A stretch of 63,618 nucleotides of DNA, the filler included, from an uncultured Methanosarcinales archaeon (GTDB taxonomy: Archaea; Nanobdellota; Nanobdellia; Woesearchaeales; JACPBV01): assembly GCA_964492935.1 (NCBI GenBank). It is 7 parts of 7 records of this genome, joined end to end, with 100 filler letters (N's around TTAATTAATTAA, not from the genome) between each part and the next. Parts side by side here need not be neighbours in the genome. Positions count along the whole stretch, not along the records: positions 32,573 to 41,194 come from CAZBLF010000038.1; positions 41,295 to 48,818 come from CAZBLF010000039.1; 5 more parts are not named here. The stretch is one strand, 5' to 3'. Below are positions 38,354-48,209 of this stretch, piece after piece (positions within the stretch are counted from its first letter, which is position 1; every line of letters begins with the position of its first letter). A model generated the notes under the pieces. It saw only the letters and a list, made by a program, of their open reading frames with translations, was not told where the DNA came from and ran no database searches. Made by a program: the position numbers and the translations under genes.

Positions 38354-39274
38354 CTATAATCCTAACCCAGAAATATTCTGCCGAGTAACCTCAGCACTCT
38401 TCTTCAGCAATGCACCTGCCTCAACACTCAACTCCAGCTCAACAATCTCCTGTACCCCATCCTTGCCCAATTTCACCGGCAAACCCATGCACATATCGTT
38501 TAAACCATATTCACCAGAAACAAACACCGAACACGGCAACATCTTACCAGAATCAGAAAGAATGACAGAAACCATCTCCACAATAGAGGCAGCCGGACTA
38601 TAATATGCCGAACCCGTCTTCAAATATTTAACCACCTCGCCCCCACAGTTAGCAGTCCTTTCAACAAGCCGAGCAATCGTATCAGCATCCATCAACGAAG
38701 TAATCGGTTTCCCGTCAACAAGAGTTAATTCAGGAAGAGGCACCATCGAATCTCCATGTGCTCCCATCACCATACCCTCAACAGTAGCAGGCGAAACCTT
38801 CAATTCCGAAGCAATAAAATTACGCAACCGAGCACTGTCCAACACTCCAGCCATCCCAATAACCTTCTCCCGAGACAACCCAGACTTCTTCAAGAACAAA
38901 TACGTCATCACATCCAAAGGATTAGTAACAATAATGCAGATAGCATCAGGAGCAAATTCTTTTACAGAGGAAGCAATCGAAGACATGATAGAAGAGTTCT
39001 TCGCCAACAAATCCTCCCGTGTCATCCCCGGTTTTCGTGCCAATCCAGCCGTAATCACAATAAGACCGCAACCAGAAAGCGCTGAATAATCAATACTTCC
39101 AGAAACAACGGTATCAAACGGCACCAGAGGACTACAACACATCATATCAAGAGCTTTCCCAATAACCGCATCATCAATATCAATCATCACAATCTCTTTA
39201 ACCAAATCCTTCGAAGCCAGAATAAAAGCAGCCGTAGCCCCCACCTGTCCCGCTCCCACAAAACCAACTTTCAT
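38354..39274 (-). CDS. mdh: Malate dehydrogenase (LDH-like type)
   Basis: GAGQVG, TAGLARKPGMTREDL, VTNPLD, GVLDSAR, GAHGD, LKTGSAYY. Confidence 0.93.
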   Translation of the reverse strand: MKVGFVGAGQVGATAAFILASKDLVKEIVMIDIDDAVIGKALDMMCCSPLVPFDTVVSGSIDYSALSGCGLIVITAGLARKPGMTREDLLAKNSSIMSSIASSVKEFAPDAICIIVTNPLDVMTYLFLKKSGLSREKVIGMAGVLDSARLRNFIASELKVSPATVEGMVMGAHGDSMVPLPELTLVDGKPITSLMDADTIARLVERTANCGGEVVKYLKTGSAYYSPAASIVEMVSVILSDSGKMLPCSVFVSGEYGLNDMCMGLPVKLGKDGVQEIVELELSVEAGALLKKSAEVTRQNISGLGL

Positions 39275-39342
39275 ACAAGTTGACAACCAAAGAATTATTT
39301 AAAGCTATGGATTTATATACCGTTTAGAATTCGAGTAGAGAT

Positions 39343-39603
39343 ATGAGAAATAAAGACGATGCCCTCTACACCGCTGAAGATGTCGAGACAATGATTGGTC
39401 TAGCATCCGAACTAGAACGCAATGTAAATTACATTTTATTTACAGGTAACCCTCATGGCGATATGGATCTGTTGAAAGATAGGATAATCAAGTACCTACC
39501 CTCATTTAGATCACAACTCGTTGAACATATCAGATCATTGAGAGAAAACAATAAAGACCTCTACGGATTAGATCAGCTTCTGAATGTGAAACAAGGAGAC
39601 TAA
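39343..39603 (+). CDS. Hypothetical protein
   Basis: 86-aa ORF with TTTATATA about 25 nt upstream. Confidence 0.55.
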   Translation: MRNKDDALYTAEDVETMIGLASELERNVNYILFTGNPHGDMDLLKDRIIKYLPSFRSQLVEHIRSLRENNKDLYGLDQLLNVKQGD

Positions 39604-39810
39604 TCACCAATCAAGCCCTTCTAAGTCATCAGCCAGTGCATCAAGACCTTCATCAGTCAATTCTGAATCAAGTTCAGCAACCTCTGAAGTTTCAGCAACA
39701 ACACTATCTACTACAGCATCCCCAGAGCCAACATCCACATTTTCCTCAACTACCGGAGCACCGCAACCAACTAAAAATAGCACCATCAACACAGCTAGTA
39801 TTCGTTTCAT
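39604..39810 (-). CDS. Small acidic lipoprotein
   Basis: MKRILAVLMVLFLVGC lipobox and an acidic tail. Overlaps the upstream gene's stop. Confidence 0.7.
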   Translation of the reverse strand: MKRILAVLMVLFLVGCGAPVVEENVDVGSGDAVVDSVVAETSEVAELDSELTDEGLDALADDLEGLDW

Positions 39811-41194
39811 TCTTCATCCTCCTCTGAATCATCATCAGATTCATCTTCAATTAAATCCTCGTCTTCAGCACCCTCAAACGAAGCATCCGCTTCATGAAGG
39901 TCTTTCGCAATCTCAACAAGAATGCCGTGAGCATCCTTTAATGTAGATTGAGCATCTTTAGAAAGCCCCTTGGCCTTCTTGATCATCTCAGTTAACTGAT
40001 TACGTTCCTCATCAGTCAACAAACGCTTCTGTCTTCGAGTAACCGCAACCTCCTCAAGCAATGACTCCGACTGCTTGTGCAGATCCCGAGCTTCAGCAAT
40101 AAGAACATCAAATTTGTCCGTCAACACATCCAAATTCTCAACTTCAGCTCCCCTTTCCTCGATTTCAGCTAATAACTTCTCAAGTTTCACCTCAAGCTGC
40201 TGCGATCGCACCACAATCTCGCCTACACGCGACGTAACAACGCGTGCAGCACCTGCTTCAGCAACGTGCTTTACACGCTTCCAAATCGAAGAAATAGACT
40301 TTGCAGCACTTCGCAATTCCTCCTTCGTTGTAGCGGCCTCAGCATCCACTAATGCAGCCTCAACCTCAGCGATTGCAGCATCTAACTTACCAATAATCTC
40401 CGAAGCACGCTCGCTATCAATATTTTCATTACCCTCAATCTTGCTTTTTACTTTTTCAAGATGTGCAAGCACTCGCTCACCAGATTTAGCAATGTATTCC
40501 TTTGCCCGAGCCTGTGCCTCAGCCCTAATTTCATCACAATCATCTCCACAATCCCTTAATTTAACCTTAACCTCATCAAAAGCCCTACCCCGATCCTCAC
40601 TTTCATCCTCTAAAGTGTCGTGCTTCTTTCGAGCTGCCTCATATCGCCTCTTCGCAGCAGCCTTCTTATCTGCAGCAACAGCCCGTTTCTTGTAAAGATC
40701 TTCAGCTTTCCGAACCTTCAACCGAGCAAGCTTTTTTCGTGCAGCAACAGCATCCTCTCCGAGTACCTCATCTGCCTGATCCTTACGCAACTGAGCAATC
40801 TTTCGAAGCTCATCCTTAGTAAAATCATCCTTGTTAAATGCAAACGCTCTATGTGCCCGAGCAACATCAGACATATGTTCATCATCCATCCTGGGAGAGC
40901 ACTTTTTCCGACAATCATCCTTTTCCACACCTGCAGCAACACATCGCTCTAAACAACCATCAATTCTATCAGCAACCGCCTCTCGAATAACAACAGGCTT
41001 TGCATCAACTCTCCGAGCAATCGTATGAGTATCTATATCACACTTTTTTCTACAATCATCCTTCTCTACACCAGCATCAACACACCTATCAAGACAACTT
41101 CTTTCACGAATAAGAACAGGTTTAACCGCACGGGTCGCATCAGTTACCACCTCATCCTCCTTTTCTTCAGAAACTTCATCTGTAGCATCCTCCT
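39807..41194 (-). CDS. Long helical/coiled-coil protein with duplicated Cys motifs (5' truncated)
   Basis: Two CL(D/E)RCVxAGVEKDDCRKKC repeats and a long A/E/K-rich helical region. The frame is open to the contig edge. Confidence 0.75.
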
Positions 41195-41307
41195 NNNNNN
41201 NNNNNNNNNNNNNNNNNNNNNNNNNNNNNNNNNNNNNNTTAATTAATTAANNNNNNNNNNNNNNNNNNNNNNNNNNNNNNNNNNNNNNNNNNNNAAAAAG
41301 AAAAAAG

Positions 41308-41442
41308 TTAACAGAATTTAAAGTTAACTCCTGGAATCATGCCCTTGTTCAAGAGGTACACCAAAATCAGCGCGCCTAAAAAACCAATAACTAAAGCAAT
41401 CACAAACGGATGGTGTAAATAACCTTTCTTTGTTTTTAGCAT
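41308..41442 (-). CDS. 44-aa single-TM peptide, tandem copy 2 (not in the ORF track)
   Basis: MLKTKKGYLHHPFVIALVIGFLGALILVYLLNKGMIPGVNFKFC with a GAGGTGA RBS. Confidence 0.8.
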   Translation of the reverse strand: MLKTKKGYLHHPFVIALVIGFLGALILVYLLNKGMIPGVNFKFC

Positions 41443-41454
41443 CTTATCACCTCA

Positions 41455-41589
41455 TTAACAAAACTTGAAATTAACTCCTGGAATCATACCTTTGTTCAAC
41501 AAGAACACTAAAATCAATGCAGTCAAGAATCCAATAACTAAAGCAATCACAAACGGATGCTGTAAGTAACCTTTTTTCGATGTAAACAT
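41455..41589 (-). CDS. 44-aa single-TM peptide, tandem copy 1
   Basis: MFTSKKGYLQHPFVIALVIGFLTALILVFLLNKGMIPGVNFKFC with an AAGGTGA RBS. The true start is inferred from the paralog. Confidence 0.8.
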   Translation of the reverse strand: MFTSKKGYLQHPFVIALVIGFLTALILVFLLNKGMIPGVNFKFC

Positions 41590-41655
41590 AGTATCACCTT
41601 CTTTTTGGAATACTACCATACTGAGAAATCTACTATATAAATGTTTCCCTCCCTC

Positions 41656-41789
41656 GTATGTGCATAGCACCTTCGAAATTCTTGCTCTTGACTTCTGAAG
41701 GTGCTGCGTCCCCGGATGGGGCAACCCCGCGCAACGCACTTAATTCTGAGGTATCAATGAATTTCGACCTGGTGATGCTATGCACATAC
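41656..41789 (+). ncRNA. Structured intergenic element, copy B (14-bp perfect terminal IR, flanking direct repeat; MITE-like)
   Basis: GTATGTGCATAGCA/TGCTATGCACATAC and TCGAAATTC/GAATTTCGA stems. Apex GTGC-TGCGT-CC-CCGGATGGGGCAACCCC-GCGCA-AC-GCAC. CCCTCCCTCG lies at both 41647-41656 and 41789-41798. Confidence 0.72.
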
Positions 41790-41839
41790 CCTCCCTCGAC
41801 ACACAACAAGTTTAAATACTGTAAGATTGAAATCAAGTT

Positions 41840-42070
41840 ATGGTCGATATCTCAGCAGCAACACCTGTCATCGGACCCTGGGTAACATTAGTCGAACAAC
41901 TCGTAGGCACCGTGAAAATTCTAGTAGGAGGATTCTTCGGCCTTTATGTAGTAATGTTCGTCCACCGTATCATCAGTCACAAGAAACTTTCAAAAAGATT
42001 CGAAAAACTCTTCCACGAAATTGAGTGGATAAAAAAAGAGCTGAAACTCAAAAAGAAATCAAAATCCTAA
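41840..42070 (+). CDS. Small membrane protein with a basic C-terminal tail
   Basis: 76 aa, one TM helix, TTTAAATA upstream. Confidence 0.65.
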   Translation: MVDISAATPVIGPWVTLVEQLVGTVKILVGGFFGLYVVMFVHRIISHKKLSKRFEKLFHEIEWIKKELKLKKKSKS

Positions 42071-42649
42071 TCCTGTTCTGATAAACTGAACTGCCCACGA
42101 CAAAGTGACCAATCCAAGGACTGTGGAAATAATTTGAAGTGTGGTTTGGCCCATAATTTTCTTGAAGAAATCTGAAAAGTAAAATATAAGGGACGTAAAG
42201 GCAAGCACCAAAAAGATAGCAACCCCCGTCACAGCAGTACCAAAATCTTGCGTGGCTACAATAATTGCAGTAATGGTGGCAGGACCCGTCAAAAGAGGAG
42301 TCCCGATAATTGCAGCAATTGCTTTAGATCCACTATTTTTTATTTTTGAAATATCAGTTACAGATTGGCCCAACGCCATCTTAATCCCAAGCAGCCCAAT
42401 CACAATCCCACCTGCAACACGTAGATCGTCTAGAGTGGTGTGAAACAACGTAAGGAGCGATTCTCCAAATAGAAGTACAAGGAGAGAAAGCAAAGCAGCG
42501 ACAAAAATTGCAAGATTTGCAGTCTGGTGTCTCTCTTTTGGTTTCATCCGTTCAGTAGCAGCAACAAAGATAGAGAAACTCACAAAGGGCTCGATAATTA
42601 CGAAGAACAATACAAATAGTTGGACTACTTCGACAAGCAAATTTATCAC
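42059..42649 (-). CDS. MarC-family membrane protein
   Basis: [31 protein letters not shown]. Confidence 0.88.
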   Translation of the reverse strand: MINLLVEVVQLFVLFFVIIEPFVSFSIFVAATERMKPKERHQTANLAIFVAALLSLLVLLFGESLLTLFHTTLDDLRVAGGIVIGLLGIKMALGQSVTDISKIKNSGSKAIAAIIGTPLLTGPATITAIIVATQDFGTAVTGVAIFLVLAFTSLIFYFSDFFKKIMGQTTLQIISTVLGLVTLSWAVQFIRTGLGF

Positions 42650-42751
42650 CTCAACAATCCTGAAATTCAGTCATTTATATATGTTTCTGCAACAGTCAGC
42701 TTTATAAATGAAACCTCACTTACACACCTTAATCAAAACAAGGTGATGAAC

Positions 42752-44371
42752 ATGAGTAAAGACGTACAACCAATATTTATCCTACCCGAAAATACACAAC
42801 GAACCGTAGGCAAGAATGCCCAGCGCACTAATATTATGGCTGCGAAGATGGTTGCCGAAACCGTTCGTACTACTCTAGGTCCTAAAGGCATGGACAAAAT
42901 GATTGTCGATTCACTAGGAGACATCACCGTAACCAATGACGGCGTCACCATTCTCGAAGAAATTCAAATTGAACATCCTTCAGCAAAAATGATTGTTGAA
43001 GTGGCAAAAACCCAGGAAAACGAAGTCGGCGATGGAACCACCACCGCAGTCGTATTAGCAGGAGAACTTCTAAAGAATGCAGAAGAACTGCTTGACAAAG
43101 ATGTCCATCCCACCGTTATCGCTCGTGGCTACCGATTAGCAGAAGCGAAAGTACAGAACATCCTAGAGTCAATTGCAGAATCCATCAACGTTGACGATAA
43201 TAGCATCCTATCAAAAATCTCCATGACCGCAATGACGGGCAAAGGAGCAGAATCCTCAAAGGAACTCTTAAGCGATATCGCCGTAAAAGCAGTTAAATTA
43301 GTCATGGAACAAGATAACGGAATCTCAATTGATAAAGAAAACATCAAACTAGAAAAGAAAGTCGGTGGCGCTGTACATGACACCGAATTAATCGAAGGCA
43401 TCGTACTAGACAAGGAACGCGTAAATTCCAATATGCCCAGACACGTTGAAAAAGCAAAAATCGCATTAATCGATTCAGCTATCGAAATAAAAAACACCGA
43501 GATGGATGCAAAAATCCAAATTACGGAACCCTCCCAGGTACAAACCTTTATCGATCAAGAGGAACAGATGTTACGTGACAAGGTAGAAAAAATTACCGCA
43601 TCCGGTGCAAATGTATTAATCTGCCAGAAAGGCATTGACGATCTCGCACAACATTTCTTTGCAAAACACGGCGTCTTTGCAGTTCGCAGAGCAAAGCAAT
43701 CCGATATGCAGGCACTAGCACGAGCATCCGGAGCACGCATCGTAAACAATCTTGACGATCTCACAAGTGATGACGTAGGTTTTGCAGGCGTTGTAGAAGA
43801 AGTCAAAGTAGGCGACGAAAACATGACCTACATCCGAGATTGTAAAAATCCAAAATCCGTTACCATTCTTATTCGTGGTGGAACCGAGCACGTCGTTGAC
43901 GAAGTTAAAAGAGCAATGGAAGACGCTCTAGGTGATATCGCAGCAGCCATCAAGAACGGAAAAGTAGTTGCAGGAGCAGGCGCAACCGAAATCGAGCTTG
44001 CAAAACAACTCAAATCATATGCAGACAGCCTTTCCGGCCGAGAGCAACTAGCAGTCCACGCATTCGCAACCGCTATTGAAATTCTACCTACAACCCTAGC
44101 AGAAAACGCAGGCCTAGATCCTATTGACGTACTAGCAGAATTAAAAAGCGCTCACGACAAGAAGAAAAAATGGGCAGGAATCAATGTCTTTACCGGCAAA
44201 GTCATGGACGCCTGGAAAGAAGGCGTAATTGAACCTGCACGCATCAAAACCCAGGCTTTCAGTTCCGCAACCGAAGTCGCAGTAATGATTCTAAGAATTG
44301 ACGACGTTATCGCAGGAGCATCCGCTCCAGCACCCCAAATGCCCCCTCCAGGAATGGATATGGGCATGTAG
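42752..44371 (+). CDS. ths: Thermosome (group II chaperonin) subunit
   Basis: [48 protein letters not shown] before the ATG at 42752. Confidence 0.97.
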   Translation: MSKDVQPIFILPENTQRTVGKNAQRTNIMAAKMVAETVRTTLGPKGMDKMIVDSLGDITVTNDGVTILEEIQIEHPSAKMIVEVAKTQENEVGDGTTTAVVLAGELLKNAEELLDKDVHPTVIARGYRLAEAKVQNILESIAESINVDDNSILSKISMTAMTGKGAESSKELLSDIAVKAVKLVMEQDNGISIDKENIKLEKKVGGAVHDTELIEGIVLDKERVNSNMPRHVEKAKIALIDSAIEIKNTEMDAKIQITEPSQVQTFIDQEEQMLRDKVEKITASGANVLICQKGIDDLAQHFFAKHGVFAVRRAKQSDMQALARASGARIVNNLDDLTSDDVGFAGVVEEVKVGDENMTYIRDCKNPKSVTILIRGGTEHVVDEVKRAMEDALGDIAAAIKNGKVVAGAGATEIELAKQLKSYADSLSGREQLAVHAFATAIEILPTTLAENAGLDPIDVLAELKSAHDKKKKWAGINVFTGKVMDAWKEGVIEPARIKTQAFSSATEVAVMILRIDDVIAGASAPAPQMPPPGMDMGM

Positions 44372-44465
44372 GATTAATTCTATAAAATCAAAAGATTTAT
44401 ATACGGATTTGCTCAAAGTAATTCTAGTATCGTAGTTAGTGCAATAAAAAAAAGAGCGTGGTAGA

Positions 44466-45224
44466 ATGCCGAACGAAGAAGGCTATGAAATAATGCCTTA
44501 CAAGGAGATAGTCCAACTCAAGAAACAAATTACCGATCTGCAAAAACAGGTAGGCGATCCCAATTCTAAGGACCTCTTAGTTTCCATGGATAAATTAACG
44601 AAGACCATGGACAGCATGCTCAAGTTATTTGCCCAAGCAGCCGATGAAATGAAGCTAGAGGAAAAGACAGAATCCGAATTAACTGAAAAGATCGAGCCAT
44701 TAATGGAAAAGATAAGGGGCATGGAGCATCAAAACAAAACAATCGCCGAAGGAATGGTAGCAATTGCAGACATGGTCAACGGTCCTGGACATTTGCAAAA
44801 AAAGATCCATCACCCACAATCACATCCCAATCCAGAAGATCCGTTTAAATTTGATTTCCCCGGTATGAAAGATAATCTACCTCCACTAGAACCTCCGAAA
44901 GGAGCTCCCATGCATCCTCCACCTACGATGGAACCTCACGCTAAACCACACGCTCCACCCGAACATCCTCCCCATCATCAACCTAAAGGAATGCCACCCC
45001 CACCAGGAATGCCGCCTGCACCCGGAGCACCTCCAGGACTTCCACCTATGCCACCTATGCCTAATCAACCTAAAGGAATGCCTCCACTGCCCGGCTTACC
45101 ACCGATGCCAGGAGCACCACCACCCGGAATGCCTCCACCACCAGGAGCACCTCCAGGACTACCTCCTATGCCTGGACCTACAGAGCCGAAGAAGAAAGGC
45201 TTCATGGGCATGTTTAAGAAGTAA
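44466..45224 (+). CDS. Coiled-coil plus polyproline protein with a C-terminal amphipathic tail
   Basis: N-terminal heptad region, QPKGMPP..PGAPPGLPPMP repeats, C-terminal KKKGFMGMFKK. Confidence 0.75.
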   Translation: MPNEEGYEIMPYKEIVQLKKQITDLQKQVGDPNSKDLLVSMDKLTKTMDSMLKLFAQAADEMKLEEKTESELTEKIEPLMEKIRGMEHQNKTIAEGMVAIADMVNGPGHLQKKIHHPQSHPNPEDPFKFDFPGMKDNLPPLEPPKGAPMHPPPTMEPHAKPHAPPEHPPHHQPKGMPPPPGMPPAPGAPPGLPPMPPMPNQPKGMPPLPGLPPMPGAPPPGMPPPPGAPPGLPPMPGPTEPKKKGFMGMFKK

Positions 45225-45226
45225 CG

Positions 45227-45865
45227 ATGGACAGTCATCCAGCACAACATAAAGAGAATTCTCCTCATCCAGCACAACATAAGGGTACTGCTCCAGTGCA
45301 CCATCAAAAGATGCATCCCAACCCGCATAACGAACCCATCAGTCCAGATCGCTTTAAACGCTACGTAAAGCACATCTGCTTTATGGCAAAGAAACATCAA
45401 CAACGCGATCAATCTCATGACGAGCTAGAGGATAAAATAAAAGAACTCAAGAAAGTAGCCTCATCGAAAAAAAACATCAATAAAGAGATGAACGAACTCA
45501 AGCAAAAGATGGATACCGTTATCCTACACGAAAAGAAGATTAGTACGCCCCATCAAGATCCCAGTCAACAGCAAGAGATGGTACAACAAGCAGCCAAAAC
45601 CGTTCTAGAAATGAAAAAGCACATGGGCCACCTCCAAAAACAAGTAGATGCCCACCTCAAAGACCAGAAACAATTGCAAGAAAGCAACAAAGATCTCAAA
45701 GCAATCATCCCCCTACCAGAGAAAGATCAAAAAATTTCTGAGATGAAACAACATCTCTCAAAGCTAGAAGAAATCTATGAACTCTACAAAGATTCTGGTT
45801 CTAATAACCTAGACCGAATTAAACTCAAAATAGAAAGTCTCAGAGCAAGATTGGCAGTCGCCTAA
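45227..45865 (+). CDS. Coiled-coil protein with a His/Pro-rich N-terminus
   Basis: HPAQHK repeated twice, then K/E/Q-rich helices. Starts 2 nt after the previous gene. Confidence 0.7.
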   Translation: MDSHPAQHKENSPHPAQHKGTAPVHHQKMHPNPHNEPISPDRFKRYVKHICFMAKKHQQRDQSHDELEDKIKELKKVASSKKNINKEMNELKQKMDTVILHEKKISTPHQDPSQQQEMVQQAAKTVLEMKKHMGHLQKQVDAHLKDQKQLQESNKDLKAIIPLPEKDQKISEMKQHLSKLEEIYELYKDSGSNNLDRIKLKIESLRARLAVA

Positions 45866-46047
45866 AGATCTCTTCCCATAACCGTATTGCGTTGATTCTC
45901 CTTAGCACGTTTACAAGCATCCTTAATCAATCGAATAACCTTTTCCTGTAACCGATCAGCAAAATCACCTGCAACGAACAACGGAGTCTCATTAGCCTTA
46001 GCATACTCTCTAATGTTACTTCGAACAACCAATGTTTTCCCCGTCAT
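45862..46047 (-). CDS. Small histone-fold protein (non-HMf type, short alpha3)
   Basis: LVVRSNIREY..VAGDFADRL..ACKRAKENQRNTVMGRDL, with the histone RxTV...D motif. Confidence 0.85.
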   Translation of the reverse strand: MTGKTLVVRSNIREYAKANETPLFVAGDFADRLQEKVIRLIKDACKRAKENQRNTVMGRDL

Positions 46048-46125
46048 ACCTCCACTTCAGCAGTCCAAGTTTTTATACCTTTGCATCTACGAGCATTTTT
46101 AAAGAAAGATTCATTCTACTAAGGT

Positions 46126-46347
46126 ATGGGAGAAGAAGAACCAGTAGTGCCTAAAAAAGAATATTCTACTTTAGAGTCAATCGCAGACACGGCAGTAAGC
46201 ATTGGAGCAGGAGCATTGTTTAATTATCTTGTTCCTGGAGCATCCTTCCTGCATAGTCTTACAATGTCCGCTGCATGGGGAGCTGGGGGATTAATAAGCG
46301 ATGCCATCGGAGGGAGAAAGTCCGCTCAAGCAATGGGGGAAAGCTAG
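46126..46347 (+). CDS. Small Gly/Ala-rich hydrophobic protein
   Basis: 73-aa ORF with two weakly hydrophobic helices. Confidence 0.5.
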   Translation: MGEEEPVVPKKEYSTLESIADTAVSIGAGALFNYLVPGASFLHSLTMSAAWGAGGLISDAIGGRKSAQAMGES

Positions 46348-46396
46348 GGAACTATATGTTAGGATTCATGGGCGGAGACTACCTTCTTCCCGCGCT

Positions 46397-48070
46397 CTAT
46401 CGATGAGCAAACCAGAACGTCAACTTACTTTTACTCTTTTTATCCAATCTACAGAACCCAAATCGAACTAACTGCACCACAGCTCCTTCTTTCAAATCAG
46501 AAAGATGCTTTTCTCCAAGACCAGTAACCAAAGAACCGTCCGGCATCATAACCTCAACAGCAATATTTCCCTCTTTAGGCAACCAATGAATAATTTGCTT
46601 GCCAGTTGCCTTATACTCATCATAACTATCCGAATCAAAAATCAGCTGGCCATCCTTCTGTCTGACATTTAAACAATCCATCAACCGATACAGTTTATTT
46701 TCTGCAAAATTATCGAAATCCTCTTTCGCAATGTTAAAAGTATCTCCAACCGAGAATTTCCGACCCCCTTTCTGAGCATCTGGATGCAAATCGAGAGCAA
46801 TGTCTTTTTTATGAACACCAGCAATCCGAATCTCGACCGGATCCTGAACAAAGAAGTAACGATGCGCTACCGGATCAATAATATCTTTATTATACGCGTC
46901 AATCGTCTTAAAGAATTCATCTTTAGAAACCTTCTTGTCACTCAAACTAACGCCCACATCAAACGCATATCTCAAAAAAGTCTCAGCCTGATAACCGCGT
47001 CTGCGCAAAGCAAGTAAAAACGGAATCCGAATATCATCCCAGCCTGTATACGTGCCATCCTCTATCAACGGTCGAGTCTTCGAACAACTCACCGCCATTC
47101 CCGTAAAGTTAATTCTTCCAACAAACAATGTCTCAGGAGACTTCTTACCAAGATATTCGTAAATGTATTTTTGTCTCAACGCATTGTCGTGATGATCCTT
47201 AGCGCGAATAATATGAGTAACCTTACTTTCGATGTCATCAACCGTCACCGACATATTCATCAATGGCCACACCCGATATTTAGTTCCCTGCCGCGCATGC
47301 TTACTTTCATTAATTCTAAACAACGGAAAGTCCCGCATAGCAGGATTCTTATGTTCAATATCAGTCCTCAATCGAACAACCGCCTCGCCCATCTTATAGG
47401 TAGTAAACATCGCATCCCAGCGCGACTTCTGTTCAACCAACATCCTACACGCACAAGCCTCCTTAGCGCGAATCTTTTCTCTAAATTCTTCAGGATCACA
47501 CGTACAGACGTACACCTTTTCCAATTTCAACAACTTCTCCATGTAAGAATAATACAATTCCATACGCTCAGACTGAATCAGAACGTCTTTTATCTTCCCG
47601 TCCGTCAACCAAGCCGCATCCTCCGGAAGTAAATCATAAGCAGGCTCGTAAATATTGTCCGGGTTCGTATCCGCAATGCGTAAAATTAATTTTCCTTTGT
47701 ATTCCTTACAGTACAACGCATTTAATCCAAGAACATACGCATGCCCAATGTGCATCGGTCCACTCGGACTAGGCTCAAAGCGCATCACCACTTTCTTAGC
47801 ACCCTTCAATTTAGTTAGCGTCTTTTTCTTAACAACTTTCTTCTTCTTCAACAAATCAGGAGCAAGATTCTCAAGTTCTAATTTCTGTGCCTCTAGCGAC
47901 AACGAGTTAACATCAGCAACAATCTTCCCGATCTGCTTCCCCAGGGTAGCCATCTCACTCTTCAAAGCCGGCTTCTCCGCAAGCAACTTCCCAACTATCG
48001 CACCCGGATTAGCCTTTCCATTAAACTTCAAAGCATTCTGAAGTGCATACTTACGAATAGTATCATCCAT
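46397..48070 (-). CDS. gltX: Glutamyl-tRNA synthetase, archaeal type
   Basis: YALQNA, RFEPSPSGPMHIGH, THIIRAKDH, GWDDIR, QLVRFGFCRLD. Confidence 0.96.
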   Translation of the reverse strand: MDDTIRKYALQNALKFNGKANPGAIVGKLLAEKPALKSEMATLGKQIGKIVADVNSLSLEAQKLELENLAPDLLKKKKVVKKKTLTKLKGAKKVVMRFEPSPSGPMHIGHAYVLGLNALYCKEYKGKLILRIADTNPDNIYEPAYDLLPEDAAWLTDGKIKDVLIQSERMELYYSYMEKLLKLEKVYVCTCDPEEFREKIRAKEACACRMLVEQKSRWDAMFTTYKMGEAVVRLRTDIEHKNPAMRDFPLFRINESKHARQGTKYRVWPLMNMSVTVDDIESKVTHIIRAKDHHDNALRQKYIYEYLGKKSPETLFVGRINFTGMAVSCSKTRPLIEDGTYTGWDDIRIPFLLALRRRGYQAETFLRYAFDVGVSLSDKKVSKDEFFKTIDAYNKDIIDPVAHRYFFVQDPVEIRIAGVHKKDIALDLHPDAQKGGRKFSVGDTFNIAKEDFDNFAENKLYRLMDCLNVRQKDGQLIFDSDSYDEYKATGKQIIHWLPKEGNIAVEVMMPDGSLVTGLGEKHLSDLKEGAVVQLVRFGFCRLDKKSKSKLTFWFAHR

Positions 48071-48209
48071 AATCCCTTTGCATCAGAAAGACCTTATAAA
48101 CTTTTACCTTGAACCAAGTAAATAATCCACCCCCTAACTATCTCCATTTGATTTCTCTGAGAAAATAAAAGTAAACAATCATGTGATTGTTTAGTAAAGC
48201 TTATATTAC

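Noticed and set aside
41590..41739. N-terminal extension of ORF 41455..41739 and the overlapping short ORFs at 41633-42024
   Set aside because: The paralog and RBS place the true start at 41589. The extra frames run through non-coding element B.
42620..42751. Extended thermosome N-terminus
   Set aside because: It overlaps marC and the promoter. The AGGTGA RBS supports a start at 42752.
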